Positions 7,599-16,536 are shown, counted from the first letter of the stretch. The stretch is DNA of 64,000 nt from a virus (IMGVR_UViG_3300031998_000056:1-64000), one strand, 5' to 3'. Notes: a model not told the origin generated them from the sequence alone. Made by a program: numbers and translations.

Positions 7599-9575
7599 TC
7601 ATGTTAAATTTAAATCTGTATCTGCGACTTGTAATCTGAGTTGCTGACCCGCTGTTTCAAGGATGTTGATGGTGCTTTCGGCATTGTCGAGGACGATGGG
7701 CGCTGAAACGTTGTAGAACGTGCATAGGGCGTTGATTATATCCAGCCCAGCGTTCAGCCTTGCAGCTTGGTTCAGCCCTGTGTGATAGGGTATTCCGTCC
7801 ACGTAACACTCACAGAAGGGTTCTTCGAAGGAATCTCCACTATTGTTGACGGTGCGGAAGAGACGCCATTGAACGATGTTGAACTTCTCGTTAATCTTGT
7901 CCTCAAGAATTTCGTTCTGTCGGAACTGATAGTCACGGGCGATGTCCTCCTGTCGTTCCATCTCGGAGAGTTGAGTGATTAAACTCTTCTGCTCCTCGTT
8001 GATACCGGCTATGAGAGCTTGAATCCTATCGTACTGAAACTTGGTGGAGCGTTGAGCGTTAAGGGCTGCGAGGTGTTCCTGCGCCTCCTGTTTCTGCTTT
8101 TCAAGTTCGGATAATTTCTCCTTGTCATCATCGGAGTTAGTGAGTGAGTAGAGTTGCTGTTGGAGGCTTTCGGCTCTCGCTTTCTGCTCTTGGAAGTGAG
8201 TATCCTCGGAAAGAATCTCTTCGTAGGTTTTGACGTGCTGCTTCTCCAATTTAGCTTTCTCTGCGAAGATGACATTGATGTTGTCCTTGAGGATGATGAG
8301 CTGGCGGTTATCTTCAAGTAATTTATCCTCCAAGCGTTTCTTCTCCTCGGCAGCATCTGCTTGCATCTGCTTTATCTTCGCTGCCTGTGCGTTGAGGTCT
8401 TTCTTCTTCGCCTCTACGGAGAGATTGAACTTCTCACGCATTTCATTAACTTTCTCTTGGTATTGCTCTTGTGGGATGGGCTGGCCACAGGTTGGGCAAT
8501 AAGCAGACTGAGGGTCGATGGAGAACTTCTGCGTAGGCCATTGGTCGCGTAAATCCTGTAACAGCTCCTCATAATCTATCGTAGAGCATTGAGAAATCAG
8601 ACGTTCATCGGCTGCGATGGTCTGCTCCATCAGCCTTTGATTGTTAAGTTCTTCGTTGAACTTGGCTGTGTACTTTGCAACGAGGTCTCGGTGTTCGTTC
8701 ATAAGAAACTGCGTATCGCCTTTGGCTTGCTCAATGGTCTGGTCGAGATACTTCTCTACGCTATCGAGTTCTTTCCGTAACTCTTCACGTTCTATGTCTA
8801 CGCCATTACCCTGCTTGAGTGCAAGAATCTGCTTTTCCAGATTTGAGATTTCAGATTGAGAGAGAACAATGTCTTTCTCTATGGCATCCCAATCCAGCTT
8901 CTCTGGCAGGGCTTTGTTCTGCTCCTCAAGACGGACGGGAATTTTGTCGAGTTTCTTCTTTATCTCCTTAATTTGGTAGGATAGGTGCTTGAGGAAATCT
9001 TCTAATGATTGGTCGGGAGCAATCAGAGAGAGTGCGCCAGCGAGGTCATCGTAGGAGAGCTTCGGCATATCCACAAGACTTGTAAGGAAAGCCCTTTGGT
9101 CTTGCCACTTGAGAGAAGGGAAGTAAGTAGGATTTGTGATGGCCTTGAAAACGTTCTCGTTGATAAGCGAAGAAACGTACTTTTCAAAGTCTCCCTTGGT
9201 CAAGCTTTCGCCGTCTACGAAATATTCAACGGTGTTGTTTTTGAATACCGATTCATCAGAACCGCGCTTCTTTACCCACACCTCTTTGATAGAGCGTTTG
9301 AGAGTGGTTTCGATACCATCGTGCGTGATAACCATTTCTACCGAATGGTCGAGGTTAGGGATTACCTTTCCATCTTCGCGCGTCTTGAATAATTCAAGGT
9401 CGCTTTGCCCTTGTGTGTTCTTACCAAACAGACAGAACAGGATGGCATCGGCAATGGTAGTCTTGCCCGAACCATTCCTTCCAGAGATGGTCGTTACTTT
9501 TTCTGAAAAGGAGAACTCCTTATTCTTGAAACACTTGAAATTCTCCAGTCGGAGGTTAGTTATAAGAATGTTCAT
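7599..9575 (-). CDS. SbcC/Rad50-like AAA ATPase with long coiled coil
   Basis: Walker A GRNGSGKTT, central CPTC zinc hook, signature-like GLNQA, Walker B-like IVLDNAES. Confidence 0.88.
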   Translation of the reverse strand: MNILITNLRLENFKCFKNKEFSFSEKVTTISGRNGSGKTTIADAILFCLFGKNTQGQSDLELFKTREDGKVIPNLDHSVEMVITHDGIETTLKRSIKEVWVKKRGSDESVFKNNTVEYFVDGESLTKGDFEKYVSSLINENVFKAITNPTYFPSLKWQDQRAFLTSLVDMPKLSYDDLAGALSLIAPDQSLEDFLKHLSYQIKEIKKKLDKIPVRLEEQNKALPEKLDWDAIEKDIVLSQSEISNLEKQILALKQGNGVDIEREELRKELDSVEKYLDQTIEQAKGDTQFLMNEHRDLVAKYTAKFNEELNNQRLMEQTIAADERLISQCSTIDYEELLQDLRDQWPTQKFSIDPQSAYCPTCGQPIPQEQYQEKVNEMREKFNLSVEAKKKDLNAQAAKIKQMQADAAEEKKRLEDKLLEDNRQLIILKDNINVIFAEKAKLEKQHVKTYEEILSEDTHFQEQKARAESLQQQLYSLTNSDDDKEKLSELEKQKQEAQEHLAALNAQRSTKFQYDRIQALIAGINEEQKSLITQLSEMERQEDIARDYQFRQNEILEDKINEKFNIVQWRLFRTVNNSGDSFEEPFCECYVDGIPYHTGLNQAARLNAGLDIINALCTFYNVSAPIVLDNAESTINILETAGQQLRLQVADTDLNLT

Positions 9576-9578
9576 AAT

Positions 9579-9803
9579 TTACCCGTTTAAAGGTTCAAGT
9601 GGAGAGTGAGAAGAGAGGCAGATGGTGCGGTCTTTTAGATGCAATTTAAAGCACCTGTCATCATTGACCGGACATCGCTTACATGGATAACTGTCTGACC
9701 GGAGAAGGTAGAGTTCGTGAAACTGCGGCAGGGAAGTCTTTTCTTCGATGCACTTTGCCTCTGGCTTGCGCCAAGAGTGGTTCAAAAGATGTCTAAAGTT
9801 CAT
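9579..9803 (-). CDS. hypothetical Cys-containing protein
   Basis: 74-aa ORF in operon. Confidence 0.55.
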   Translation of the reverse strand: MNFRHLLNHSWRKPEAKCIEEKTSLPQFHELYLLRSDSYPCKRCPVNDDRCFKLHLKDRTICLSSHSPLEPLNG

Positions 9804-10003
9804 AATACACGTTGATTTGTTGGTAATATTTTAATGTTCTTTCCCTTCAATGAAGGTCGTTTTTCAAATACAAATGCCTCAAGGTCTTCGGGATGGTAGA
9901 TTTCTATCCACTTCCCATCAACAAACTTGGGAAATCCACGCTTGGGATAGCGGAGCTGGCCGATGAAGCGGTTGTCGAGCATGATGTCTAATAGGATACT
10001 CAT
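9800..10003 (-). CDS. hypothetical protein
   Basis: 67-aa ORF overlapping both neighbours. Confidence 0.7.
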   Translation of the reverse strand: MSILLDIMLDNRFIGQLRYPKRGFPKFVDGKWIEIYHPEDLEAFVFEKRPSLKGKNIKILPTNQRVL

Positions 10004-10440
10004 CGTATTTGGTATTTGAATTTCTTCGTTTCTGCTCTGTAGTGCTTGGCTATAAACTCAAGGTCGGATGCTGAGAGCTTGTTGGGCGTATGCTTTAAAG
10101 CCTCAAGTAGTTCTACACGCTGTTGCCCTATCTTCTCTATCAGTCCTTTCCTGTAACCCGAAGTGTTCCCTTCGTCAAAACGATTACAGGAGATACATTG
10201 TGCGTTACAATTAAGTTCTGAATAGCGTAGTGACATGTGCTGCCTGTTAACGTAATGACCGCAGTCGGCTTTCTCTATCGGTAAGACCTTACCACAGGAG
10301 ATACACCGAAAGGCTCGTCCTTCGTATTGCTGCGCATCGCGTGTACGTATAAATAATGAGAACGCTTCGTCTGCCTTTCTCATGGAGGAGGCCCTTGACG
10401 GGTTCTTGGATTTACTTATTGTCTTTTTCTTCTTCCACAT
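10000..10440 (-). CDS. ninG: NinG/Rap-family structure-specific endonuclease
   Basis: DEAFSLFIRTRD, CISCG, DCGHY, NCNAQCISCN motifs. Confidence 0.85.
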   Translation of the reverse strand: MWKKKKTISKSKNPSRASSMRKADEAFSLFIRTRDAQQYEGRAFRCISCGKVLPIEKADCGHYVNRQHMSLRYSELNCNAQCISCNRFDEGNTSGYRKGLIEKIGQQRVELLEALKHTPNKLSASDLEFIAKHYRAETKKFKYQIR

Positions 10441-11188
10441 CTGTTGCGATATTAAATAAGTGTCGTTCTGCTTCTTTCGCGTACTTGCTCATCATAGGGT
10501 TTAACCTCAAAGCTTCGCCAGCAGAATCATTTAAGAAGTCGTGATTAGTAAAGCGGTTGATGATAATCTTCATGGCCAGCTCACATTGTGGGTCGGTGTT
10601 GAGGTTTATATCAACCTCGCGTTTACCTGTGTATTCCATGAACTTGGAAATGTACGCCCAGGCACGTTGTGCTTTTATCAGTCGGGCATGACGAAAGTCG
10701 CAGTCTATCTTCCATAGGGTTTGCTTTTGGAACGCACCTACAAGATGGTCGTAAGAACTTACAGCGGTTTGGATCAACGCATCTGCTGTGAATACATCTG
10801 CACGAAGTCCGCTTCGGTCGATATTATTCTTATCCAAAACACTCTTGATAGAATACTTTAGTTTCAGCACATCGGGTTCGATGGAATCCGCAGCGAGGCG
10901 TGTCATGTCTTGCCAAAGGTAGTTTCTATCTCCCAGCATACGGCAATGCTTCTTCTTGTAATGTGAGAAGTCCTCATATACCTTATTGATGTACATCTTA
11001 ATGGCAAAGTTGTTCAGCCCTGCCTCGATGATGGCATCTACGGCTGTGTCGATGGCATTTTCCGCTATCTGATTGATTGTGCCGATAGTGACAGAGAAAG
11101 TCTTTCCAAGCCCTTCGATAAGGTGGTCGGCATAGTCGCCCGATAGCTGGGGTAGGAGATTAGTTGTCAAAGATTTCTTCTGGTTCAT
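10412..11188 (-). CDS. hypothetical protein
   Basis: 258-aa ORF in operon. Confidence 0.8.
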   Translation of the reverse strand: MNQKKSLTTNLLPQLSGDYADHLIEGLGKTFSVTIGTINQIAENAIDTAVDAIIEAGLNNFAIKMYINKVYEDFSHYKKKHCRMLGDRNYLWQDMTRLAADSIEPDVLKLKYSIKSVLDKNNIDRSGLRADVFTADALIQTAVSSYDHLVGAFQKQTLWKIDCDFRHARLIKAQRAWAYISKFMEYTGKREVDINLNTDPQCELAMKIIINRFTNHDFLNDSAGEALRLNPMMSKYAKEAERHLFNIATDVEEEKDNK

Positions 11189-11351
11189 GGTCGCGCTTGA
11201 AGTAGGAACGTAATTTGAAATTTATCATGTGAATCCGCCTCATGATACTCTCCACTTGGTGTACGGAGGCATGTTGGATGATAGAATCAAGGTGCGCTCT
11301 CAGTTCATCGCGCCGTTGCTCGAGACGTCTACGGGTGGGTAGTATTATCAT
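11160..11351 (-). CDS. hypothetical protein
   Basis: 63-aa ORF. Confidence 0.6.
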   Translation of the reverse strand: MIILPTRRRLEQRRDELRAHLDSIIQHASVHQVESIMRRIHMINFKLRSYFKRDHEPEEIFDN

Positions 11352-11534
11352 AGCGTTTTTAATTTAGTCCGGCCTCTGCATTTATTTTACATATCGGAAT
11401 TCCGATGTTTAAAATCAACACGGCTTGGCGACGTGCTTTGGCTGCATTACGGATAGGGGCGGCAAGCGTTACCTTGCTCTCTCATAAATGATAGTGCCAT
11501 ACACACCCCCAATTGGTCTCGCTTTGTTTCAAGT

Positions 11535-11544
11535 TGTCAAAGAA
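11535..11544 (-). promoter_or_regulatory. boxA-like antitermination element
   Basis: TTCTTTGACA on the minus strand; identical element at 23200-23209. Confidence 0.5.
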
Positions 11545-11550
11545 CGATTG

Positions 11551-11631
11551 TTGTGGACGCAAGGGGATTCGAACCCCTTCTTTTCATCTTGTAACATGCC
11601 CTTTTCCCTGCTGGCGGCGTGACCTGCGTCC
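11551..11631 (-). ncRNA. tRNA-like element (canonical acceptor stem and T-arm, non-canonical D/anticodon region)
   Basis: GGACGCA/TGCGTCC 7-bp stem, AGGGG-TTCGAAT-CCCCT T-arm, 3' A-CAA; G at position 8 and no clear anticodon arm. Confidence 0.65.
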
Positions 11632-11810
11632 TCTCTAAAACCAGCGGCCTGTCACAGGAGGCTGGTGGATTCCAAATTTAAGATTGTTTTCCTGTCTACT
11701 TTCACAAGCAGATTAAAAAGATAATGAGTTTCCCCACGCTTGGGGCGAATAGTAATTAACAATAACTAAATAACCTAAAACTACAAAACAGCGAATATAT
11801 GATAGAAAAC

Positions 11811-11990
11811 CTAAGCATTCAGATAATCTTCGAAGAGAGTGGATTCTAAAAAGAACACCCTTGCCTTCTTGCTGCCTCCCTTCCTGTGGGTGAGAGAGTT
11901 CTTGAGGTGGTACACTCTTGATGTACTTATCCCCAACCTGTCGGCTGCTTCTTTCGGGGTGAGCCAAACCTCATTCCTGTTCTTTATCAT
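11811..11990 (-). CDS. excisionase-like HTH DNA-binding protein
   Basis: WLTPKEAADRLGISTSRVYHL is an HTH_17/Xis-type motif; likely start MIKNRN. Confidence 0.75.
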   Translation of the reverse strand: MIKNRNEVWLTPKEAADRLGISTSRVYHLKNSLTHRKGGSKKARVFFLESTLFEDYLNA

Positions 11991-12187
11991 TGTTAAATGG
12001 TTTTGGAAAACCAGCGGCTTTCGCAAGAGGCTGGGAAAATGAATTACTAACACAAAAACAATAAAATTGTAAATTTCACAAATACTAAAAAATGAACATG
12101 AGAACCGCCTCTCGGCGTGGCCACTCGCCTGTGACCGAAAAATCCGTCAATTGAAAATGAATTACACATATAGACATTAAGAGAGTA

Positions 12188-12304
12188 TTACGTTGCTCCA
12201 AATAACCAGCCCACGAATCCTAACAGGAGTATGTAGGCGACAGGGTAGACAATGCCGTACTTGACAATCTCCCTACGTGTGATGGGTTTATAGTTGTTTG
12301 TCAT
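12188..12304 (-). CDS. small membrane peptide
   Basis: MTNNYKPITRREIVKYGIVYPVAYILLLGFVGWLFGAT has one hydrophobic helix. Confidence 0.55.
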   Translation of the reverse strand: MTNNYKPITRREIVKYGIVYPVAYILLLGFVGWLFGAT

Positions 12305-12305
12305 A

Positions 12306-12980
12306 TCAGTTAAAGACTTTAGGGTTATACTTGTTGTTGTAACGCTTGCGGAGGAAGCGGATGACATCATCGTAAGTGCGGATAAGACCATCGTTGATGT
12401 TCTCGGCCACCCTGCGCTCAAGTTCGAACAGCTCTCTCATGGATTCCTCGCTGCCGTTCTTGTTACGCAACATCTTTTCGTGCTGATTGAACACCACCCA
12501 ATTCAAAGCCTCGCCTATCTTTCTCATGGCCTGTGGCATAAAAGTCGAAGATACGATGGTGTTCACAGAAGAAGAGAGTTCCTTGTAGGCATCGCCAGCA
12601 TCGTTGCGGTACTTAATCATCTGGTCGTAGACGAACTTGATGACCTTGACCTTAAATGCTGGGTTGAGCCACATGGCAAAGTCGATGAACATAATCGGGT
12701 GCATCCAAGTACCGCCTCCTCTGTCTGCTCTGGCCTTGGATTTTACATATACGGAATTCCGACATGTAAAACCTTCCTCTGCCATAAGAGCGTTCATAAA
12801 CTCCTCTGTAGCAGAGTTTTCAAAGTAATGAGCTATTGTTTTCTGTTTTACATCCCCAGAATTTTGGGTTTGTAGATTCCACTGCTTTAGAAGGTCGGTC
12901 GCATTAAAGAAACCATCCTTCGTGCGCTGCTCTACGTGGAAGTGGCCCATCGGGCGCGTCATGATTTGGTTAGTTTTCAT
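12306..12980 (-). CDS. KilA-N domain protein (putative antirepressor)
   Basis: QRTKDGFFNATDLLKQWN...GTWMHPIMFIDFAMWLNPAFKVKV. Confidence 0.9.
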   Translation of the reverse strand: MKTNQIMTRPMGHFHVEQRTKDGFFNATDLLKQWNLQTQNSGDVKQKTIAHYFENSATEEFMNALMAEEGFTCRNSVYVKSKARADRGGGTWMHPIMFIDFAMWLNPAFKVKVIKFVYDQMIKYRNDAGDAYKELSSSVNTIVSSTFMPQAMRKIGEALNWVVFNQHEKMLRNKNGSEESMRELFELERRVAENINDGLIRTYDDVIRFLRKRYNNKYNPKVFN

Positions 12981-12986
12981 AGTTGT

Positions 12987-13193
12987 TCACTTTGAGATGG
13001 CTTGGATCGTTAGGATGCTCCCGTTAATGGAGGTTTGGTAATCTTCAACGTCAGCTGGCATGAGGTCTCGGCAAAACTTCTTCACATAAGACACTTGGCT
13101 CTGACCAGAACGCGCCTGCTTGGGTGTGTCGCAAGCGAAAGACTTGGCTTTCCCTGCTCTAATCTGCGTGATGTCGGTTACTGATACTTTCAT
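12987..13193 (-). CDS. first gene of lytic operon, hypothetical (Cro position)
   Basis: 68-aa ORF divergent from the repressor. Confidence 0.7.
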   Translation of the reverse strand: MKVSVTDITQIRAGKAKSFACDTPKQARSGQSQVSYVKKFCRDLMPADVEDYQTSINGSILTIQAISK

Positions 13194-13341
13194 TACGTTT
13201 GTTTATTTGAGTTAAACTTTCTAAACAAAAGAAGCAGGTTTGAAATAAATTGCCTATATTTGCAACGACCAAATTGAAATAAGTGCGTTTTAAATCGCAC
13301 CTGCTCTTTATGTGCTTGCGTGTATGTACTGAAACACGCTA

Positions 13342-13373
13342 CAAAGGTAAGGCAAATGTATTGTATATGCAAA
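13342..13373 (-). promoter_or_regulatory. Bacteroidota sigma-A promoter for the leftward lytic operon
   Basis: TTTG-N20-TACCTTTG on the minus strand (consensus TTTG-N19-21-TAnnTTTG). Confidence 0.7.
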
Positions 13374-13413
13374 CATTTTGTCATTTTTTTAGGTTTATTA
13401 AAAAATTTTTGTA

Positions 13414-14322
13414 ATGATGAATAGGAAAGAACGTCTTAACGAGGCCGTCAATTACCTTAAATTTAAAGGAATTGTCAAGACACATGAAGACATCGCCAAC
13501 AAAATGGGCGCATCAAGACCTAATGTGTCGAGTGCGTTGTCAGGTAAGGAAGGTGTACTTACCGACAACTTTATTTCAAGATTCTGTGCTGCGTTCCCGG
13601 GCATCTCATACTCATGGTTACTCTTGGGTGTAGGAGATATGCTGTCGAACAAGGAGAAATCCGTAGACGACAGAATAAGGGATATATTGAAGATGGAATC
13701 CGTATCGCTCCAAACTTTATCAGATAAGACAGGTAATGACTTTCAAGACCTTCAAAGCTGTCTTGATGACGACATGACACCATCCGATGAGGTTTTAGAG
13801 AAGTTCTCGTCTGCTCTTCACATCAACGAGGATTGGCTAAAGACAGGCGATGGAGAGATTTATGACAGCGACCAGCGCCTTGTAAACTCTGCTGCCTTGA
13901 AGAAGCACATGTCAATGCTCCCAACGAAGCCACGCTTGCCTAAATTCATGTCAGAGCCACACATCGAGCAATACTATGGCGGTGGAAAGAAGAGAATGCT
14001 TTGTCAAGAGAAGCCTGTAATCGCACAATTCTCTGACTACGACTTTTCTTTAATCATTAAGAACAACAGAATGTCGCCTAAATACGATAGAGGGGATGAG
14101 GTGTTTTTCAAGCTGGCTAAATTTCCCGAATGGGGTAATGATTTCCTGTTAGACACAGATGATGGGCCTAAACTGAAACGAATCTACCCAGCCAAAGATA
14201 AAGACGGAGATGACTGCGTTAGATGCGTGTCATATAACAAAGAGGAGTTCCCAGACTTCACAATCAAGGAGAAATACATTCATGGATATTACAGGGTGGT
14301 CGGAGTTTTGAGAATATTATAA
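13414..14322 (+). CDS. CI-like repressor: two HTH domains plus S24-like C-terminal domain
   Basis: Two HTH units each ending WLxxGxGxM/I; C-terminal MSPKYDRGD...LKRI. Confidence 0.85.
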   Translation: MMNRKERLNEAVNYLKFKGIVKTHEDIANKMGASRPNVSSALSGKEGVLTDNFISRFCAAFPGISYSWLLLGVGDMLSNKEKSVDDRIRDILKMESVSLQTLSDKTGNDFQDLQSCLDDDMTPSDEVLEKFSSALHINEDWLKTGDGEIYDSDQRLVNSAALKKHMSMLPTKPRLPKFMSEPHIEQYYGGGKKRMLCQEKPVIAQFSDYDFSLIIKNNRMSPKYDRGDEVFFKLAKFPEWGNDFLLDTDDGPKLKRIYPAKDKDGDDCVRCVSYNKEEFPDFTIKEKYIHGYYRVVGVLRIL

Positions 14323-14326
14323 GGCT

Positions 14327-14533
14327 ATGGAAGAAGAGAAAGATAAAATCGGTATCAGAATACTAAAGTATGTGGGCATGTTTGTTGTCGCAGCCTTGAT
14401 TATATGGGCTGGCAGACACATATTGTTCACATCGGTAGACGAGCAGAACGAGTTGGCGAATCAACCAGCATGGATGCAACACCTTCCTGATTGGGTTAGA
14501 TTCATGATTTTGGATGTTCAGAGGTTATTTTAA
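14327..14533 (+). CDS. small membrane protein cotranscribed with repressor
   Basis: One TM helix (YVGMFVVAALIIWAG). Confidence 0.65.
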   Translation: MEEEKDKIGIRILKYVGMFVVAALIIWAGRHILFTSVDEQNELANQPAWMQHLPDWVRFMILDVQRLF

Positions 14534-14644
14534 CGCATCTTTGTCGAACAAATAGACCAAATCTTGCCAACTTTCGGGGTTTTTCTTCTTAATGAAGTCA
14601 AGTACCTTCTTAAAGTCTGTAACCTCAACTTGAATCTTACTCAT
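14525..14644 (-). CDS. 39-aa small ORF downstream of structured leader
   Basis: MSKIQVEVTDFKKVLDFIKKKNPESWQDLVYLFDKDALK, preceded by an AT-rich initiation region. Confidence 0.5.
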   Translation of the reverse strand: MSKIQVEVTDFKKVLDFIKKKNPESWQDLVYLFDKDALK

Positions 14645-14654
14645 ACATTATTAT

Positions 14655-14935
14655 ATTATATATATTGTGTACAACCATATACTACTGGAAGAGCCTTCGG
14701 GTGAGTGCATAGTTCCTCCTTATAGCGGAGGAACATTGCTTGAGCATACTGACCGTTTTCGCCTTGGTATGATTCAGCAGCCTTGCGTCAGTCCAACAAC
14801 GTGTCGGCTATCGGGTATTTCAGAGTTGGCTCTGCTTCGCTGGCATCCCGAATTGTTCCTGCCATTGCCCATGTGCGTTACCCCCTTGGGCTGACTTTGA
14901 GTGCGGGGTGGTCGGTGTGCGTCTCTTACTCAAAC
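14655..14935 (-). ncRNA. candidate structured RNA / long 5' leader
   Basis: Downstream of a TATCTTTG -7 box (14941-14948); several stems: TTTGAGT/ACTCAAA, GCCCA/TGGGC, TCGGG/CCCGA, CTGAC/GTCAG, GTTCCTCC/GGAGGAAC. Confidence 0.5.
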
Positions 14936-15037
14936 GTGTGCAAAGATAATACAAAACAAAATAAAGTGCAATAGCCGTTAAGTTTCATTAAAACAGGAAA
15001 GGAGAGGATATGTAAAGAAAACGAAAAAATGGGGCTG

Positions 15038-15358
15038 TGTTACCATTTTGTTACCAGCCATGCAAATCGAACCTAATGAGAGAATACTAACGAACTGAAT
15101 TACACCAAGATAATAGTGAAAAGGTTTTGATACCAACGGAATCACAAGGTGGTCAAAGAGAGGAGCAAATCTAAACTCCTCTCGACCACAACAAAAAATA
15201 GAATTTCGATTGAAATTCAGCAAGTTAGAACTTCTCTAATAAAAAAAATCCCTGTTGCTAAAGTTGGTTAAGTATAGCTATCATTTGCTATTATTTGCCA
15301 AATTTATGTTACCATTTTGTTACCACCTGCTTGTAAGTTTTGTTACCAATTTGTTAAA
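15038..15358. mobile_element. attP region: arm-type repeats flanking a tRNA-3'-end-like core
   Basis: 19-bp direct repeat TGTTACCATTTTGTTACCA at 15038-15056 and 15307-15325, variant at 15341-15358; core CCAACGGAATCAC at 15133-15145. Confidence 0.7.
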
Positions 15359-15387
15359 GTAGTATAATTAAACATTTTTAAGTACCT

Positions 15388-16536
15388 ATGATACCGAAAG
15401 TTAGCTTCATTTTCGACAGGAAAGGAAAAGCAAGTAAAAATAGAGCGTCCGTAATCGAGTTATTGATATACTACGGAGGCCAGCGAAAGTACATATCCAC
15501 AGGGGTTTCCGTACTCCCAAGTGAATGGAAGAACGGCTCTGTGGTGAGTAGGAAAGATTGGCGAGAGTTGAACGAGCAATTGCAAATCATGAAGCAGAAA
15601 TGCTCGGACATCGTTTCTAACATGATGCGTGAGGGTAGCCTAAACATCAAGGCCATCCCCAGCTTGCTCAATGGGAGCATGGTACAGGAGAAAACATTCC
15701 TGGACTATGCAAAAGAGTTGGCTGAATTAAGATACAAGACGATTAGGAAAGGCACAAAGGCGCACTACAAAACCTTCTTCACGTTCATGGATGAGTGGAA
15801 AGGTATCGTGATGTTCGCTGATTGTACGGAGATGAACGTGCGTAGGTTCGATGACGAACTGACGGAAAGAGGTCTGATGGTGTCTACAAGGTGGAACTAC
15901 CACAAGATTTTGAAGCAATTCATACTCCAAGCGATAGATGATGGGTTGGTCAAACAGAATCCGTATTCCAGACTGAACATAAAGAGAGGGTCAGAAGATG
16001 GTTTAAAGCGGTTTCTGACGCCTTCCGAGTTCAAGATGGTAGAGAAGTCCAAGATGCCATCAGAATGTCTTCAGAAGGTCAGAGATTTATTTGTATTTCA
16101 AACGTACACCTTGTTAAGTTATTCCGACTTGGCTCTGTTTGATTACAAACGCTGTGAGAAGATGGGGAAGGAGATAGTCTACAAGGCTAAAAGGGTAAAG
16201 ACAGGACAGGAGTTTGTCGTAGTCCTATTAAAGCCAGCTTTGGAAATCTTAAAACGATACCAATACCGGCTACCAATCATTTCTAATGTTAAGTATAACT
16301 TGTATCTGAAAGCTGTGGCTCAACACGCAAAGGTAGACAAGCCATTGACCACACACTTCGCCAGACATACGGGAGCCACGCTGCTTCTAAATGAGGGAAA
16401 GCTACCCATGCACATAGTCCAGCACATACTTGGTCACGCATCTATTAGGGAAACCGAAAAGACCTACGCAAAAGTGATGGACGAAACGATAGTCGGTGCA
16501 ATGGCAGGGTACAAAACAAAAAAGGGGAAGCATTAA
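15388..16536 (+). CDS. int: tyrosine integrase (Bacteroidota type, with Arm-DNA-binding and SAM-like domains)
   Basis: RDLFVFQTYT..SYSD, HFARHT, LGHASI, Tyr in KTYAKV. Confidence 0.93.
   Translation: MIPKVSFIFDRKGKASKNRASVIELLIYYGGQRKYISTGVSVLPSEWKNGSVVSRKDWRELNEQLQIMKQKCSDIVSNMMREGSLNIKAIPSLLNGSMVQEKTFLDYAKELAELRYKTIRKGTKAHYKTFFTFMDEWKGIVMFADCTEMNVRRFDDELTERGLMVSTRWNYHKILKQFILQAIDDGLVKQNPYSRLNIKRGSEDGLKRFLTPSEFKMVEKSKMPSECLQKVRDLFVFQTYTLLSYSDLALFDYKRCEKMGKEIVYKAKRVKTGQEFVVVLLKPALEILKRYQYRLPIISNVKYNLYLKAVAQHAKVDKPLTTHFARHTGATLLLNEGKLPMHIVQHILGHASIRETEKTYAKVMDETIVGAMAGYKTKKGKH

Noticed and set aside
11551-11631. Functional decoding tRNA
   Set aside because: No U8, and no canonical D-arm or 7-nt anticodon loop; kept only as tRNA-like
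14655-14700. IscB omega-RNA (GGCTCTTCCA...ATGGTTG resemblance)
   Set aside because: The similarity is short, lies at the wrong end of the structured region, and no IscB/TnpB gene is nearby
15388-16536. Inactive integrase because the first catalytic Arg motif reads TLLSYSD
   Set aside because: Bacteroidota integrases commonly diverge at this motif; HxxR, H and Tyr are intact
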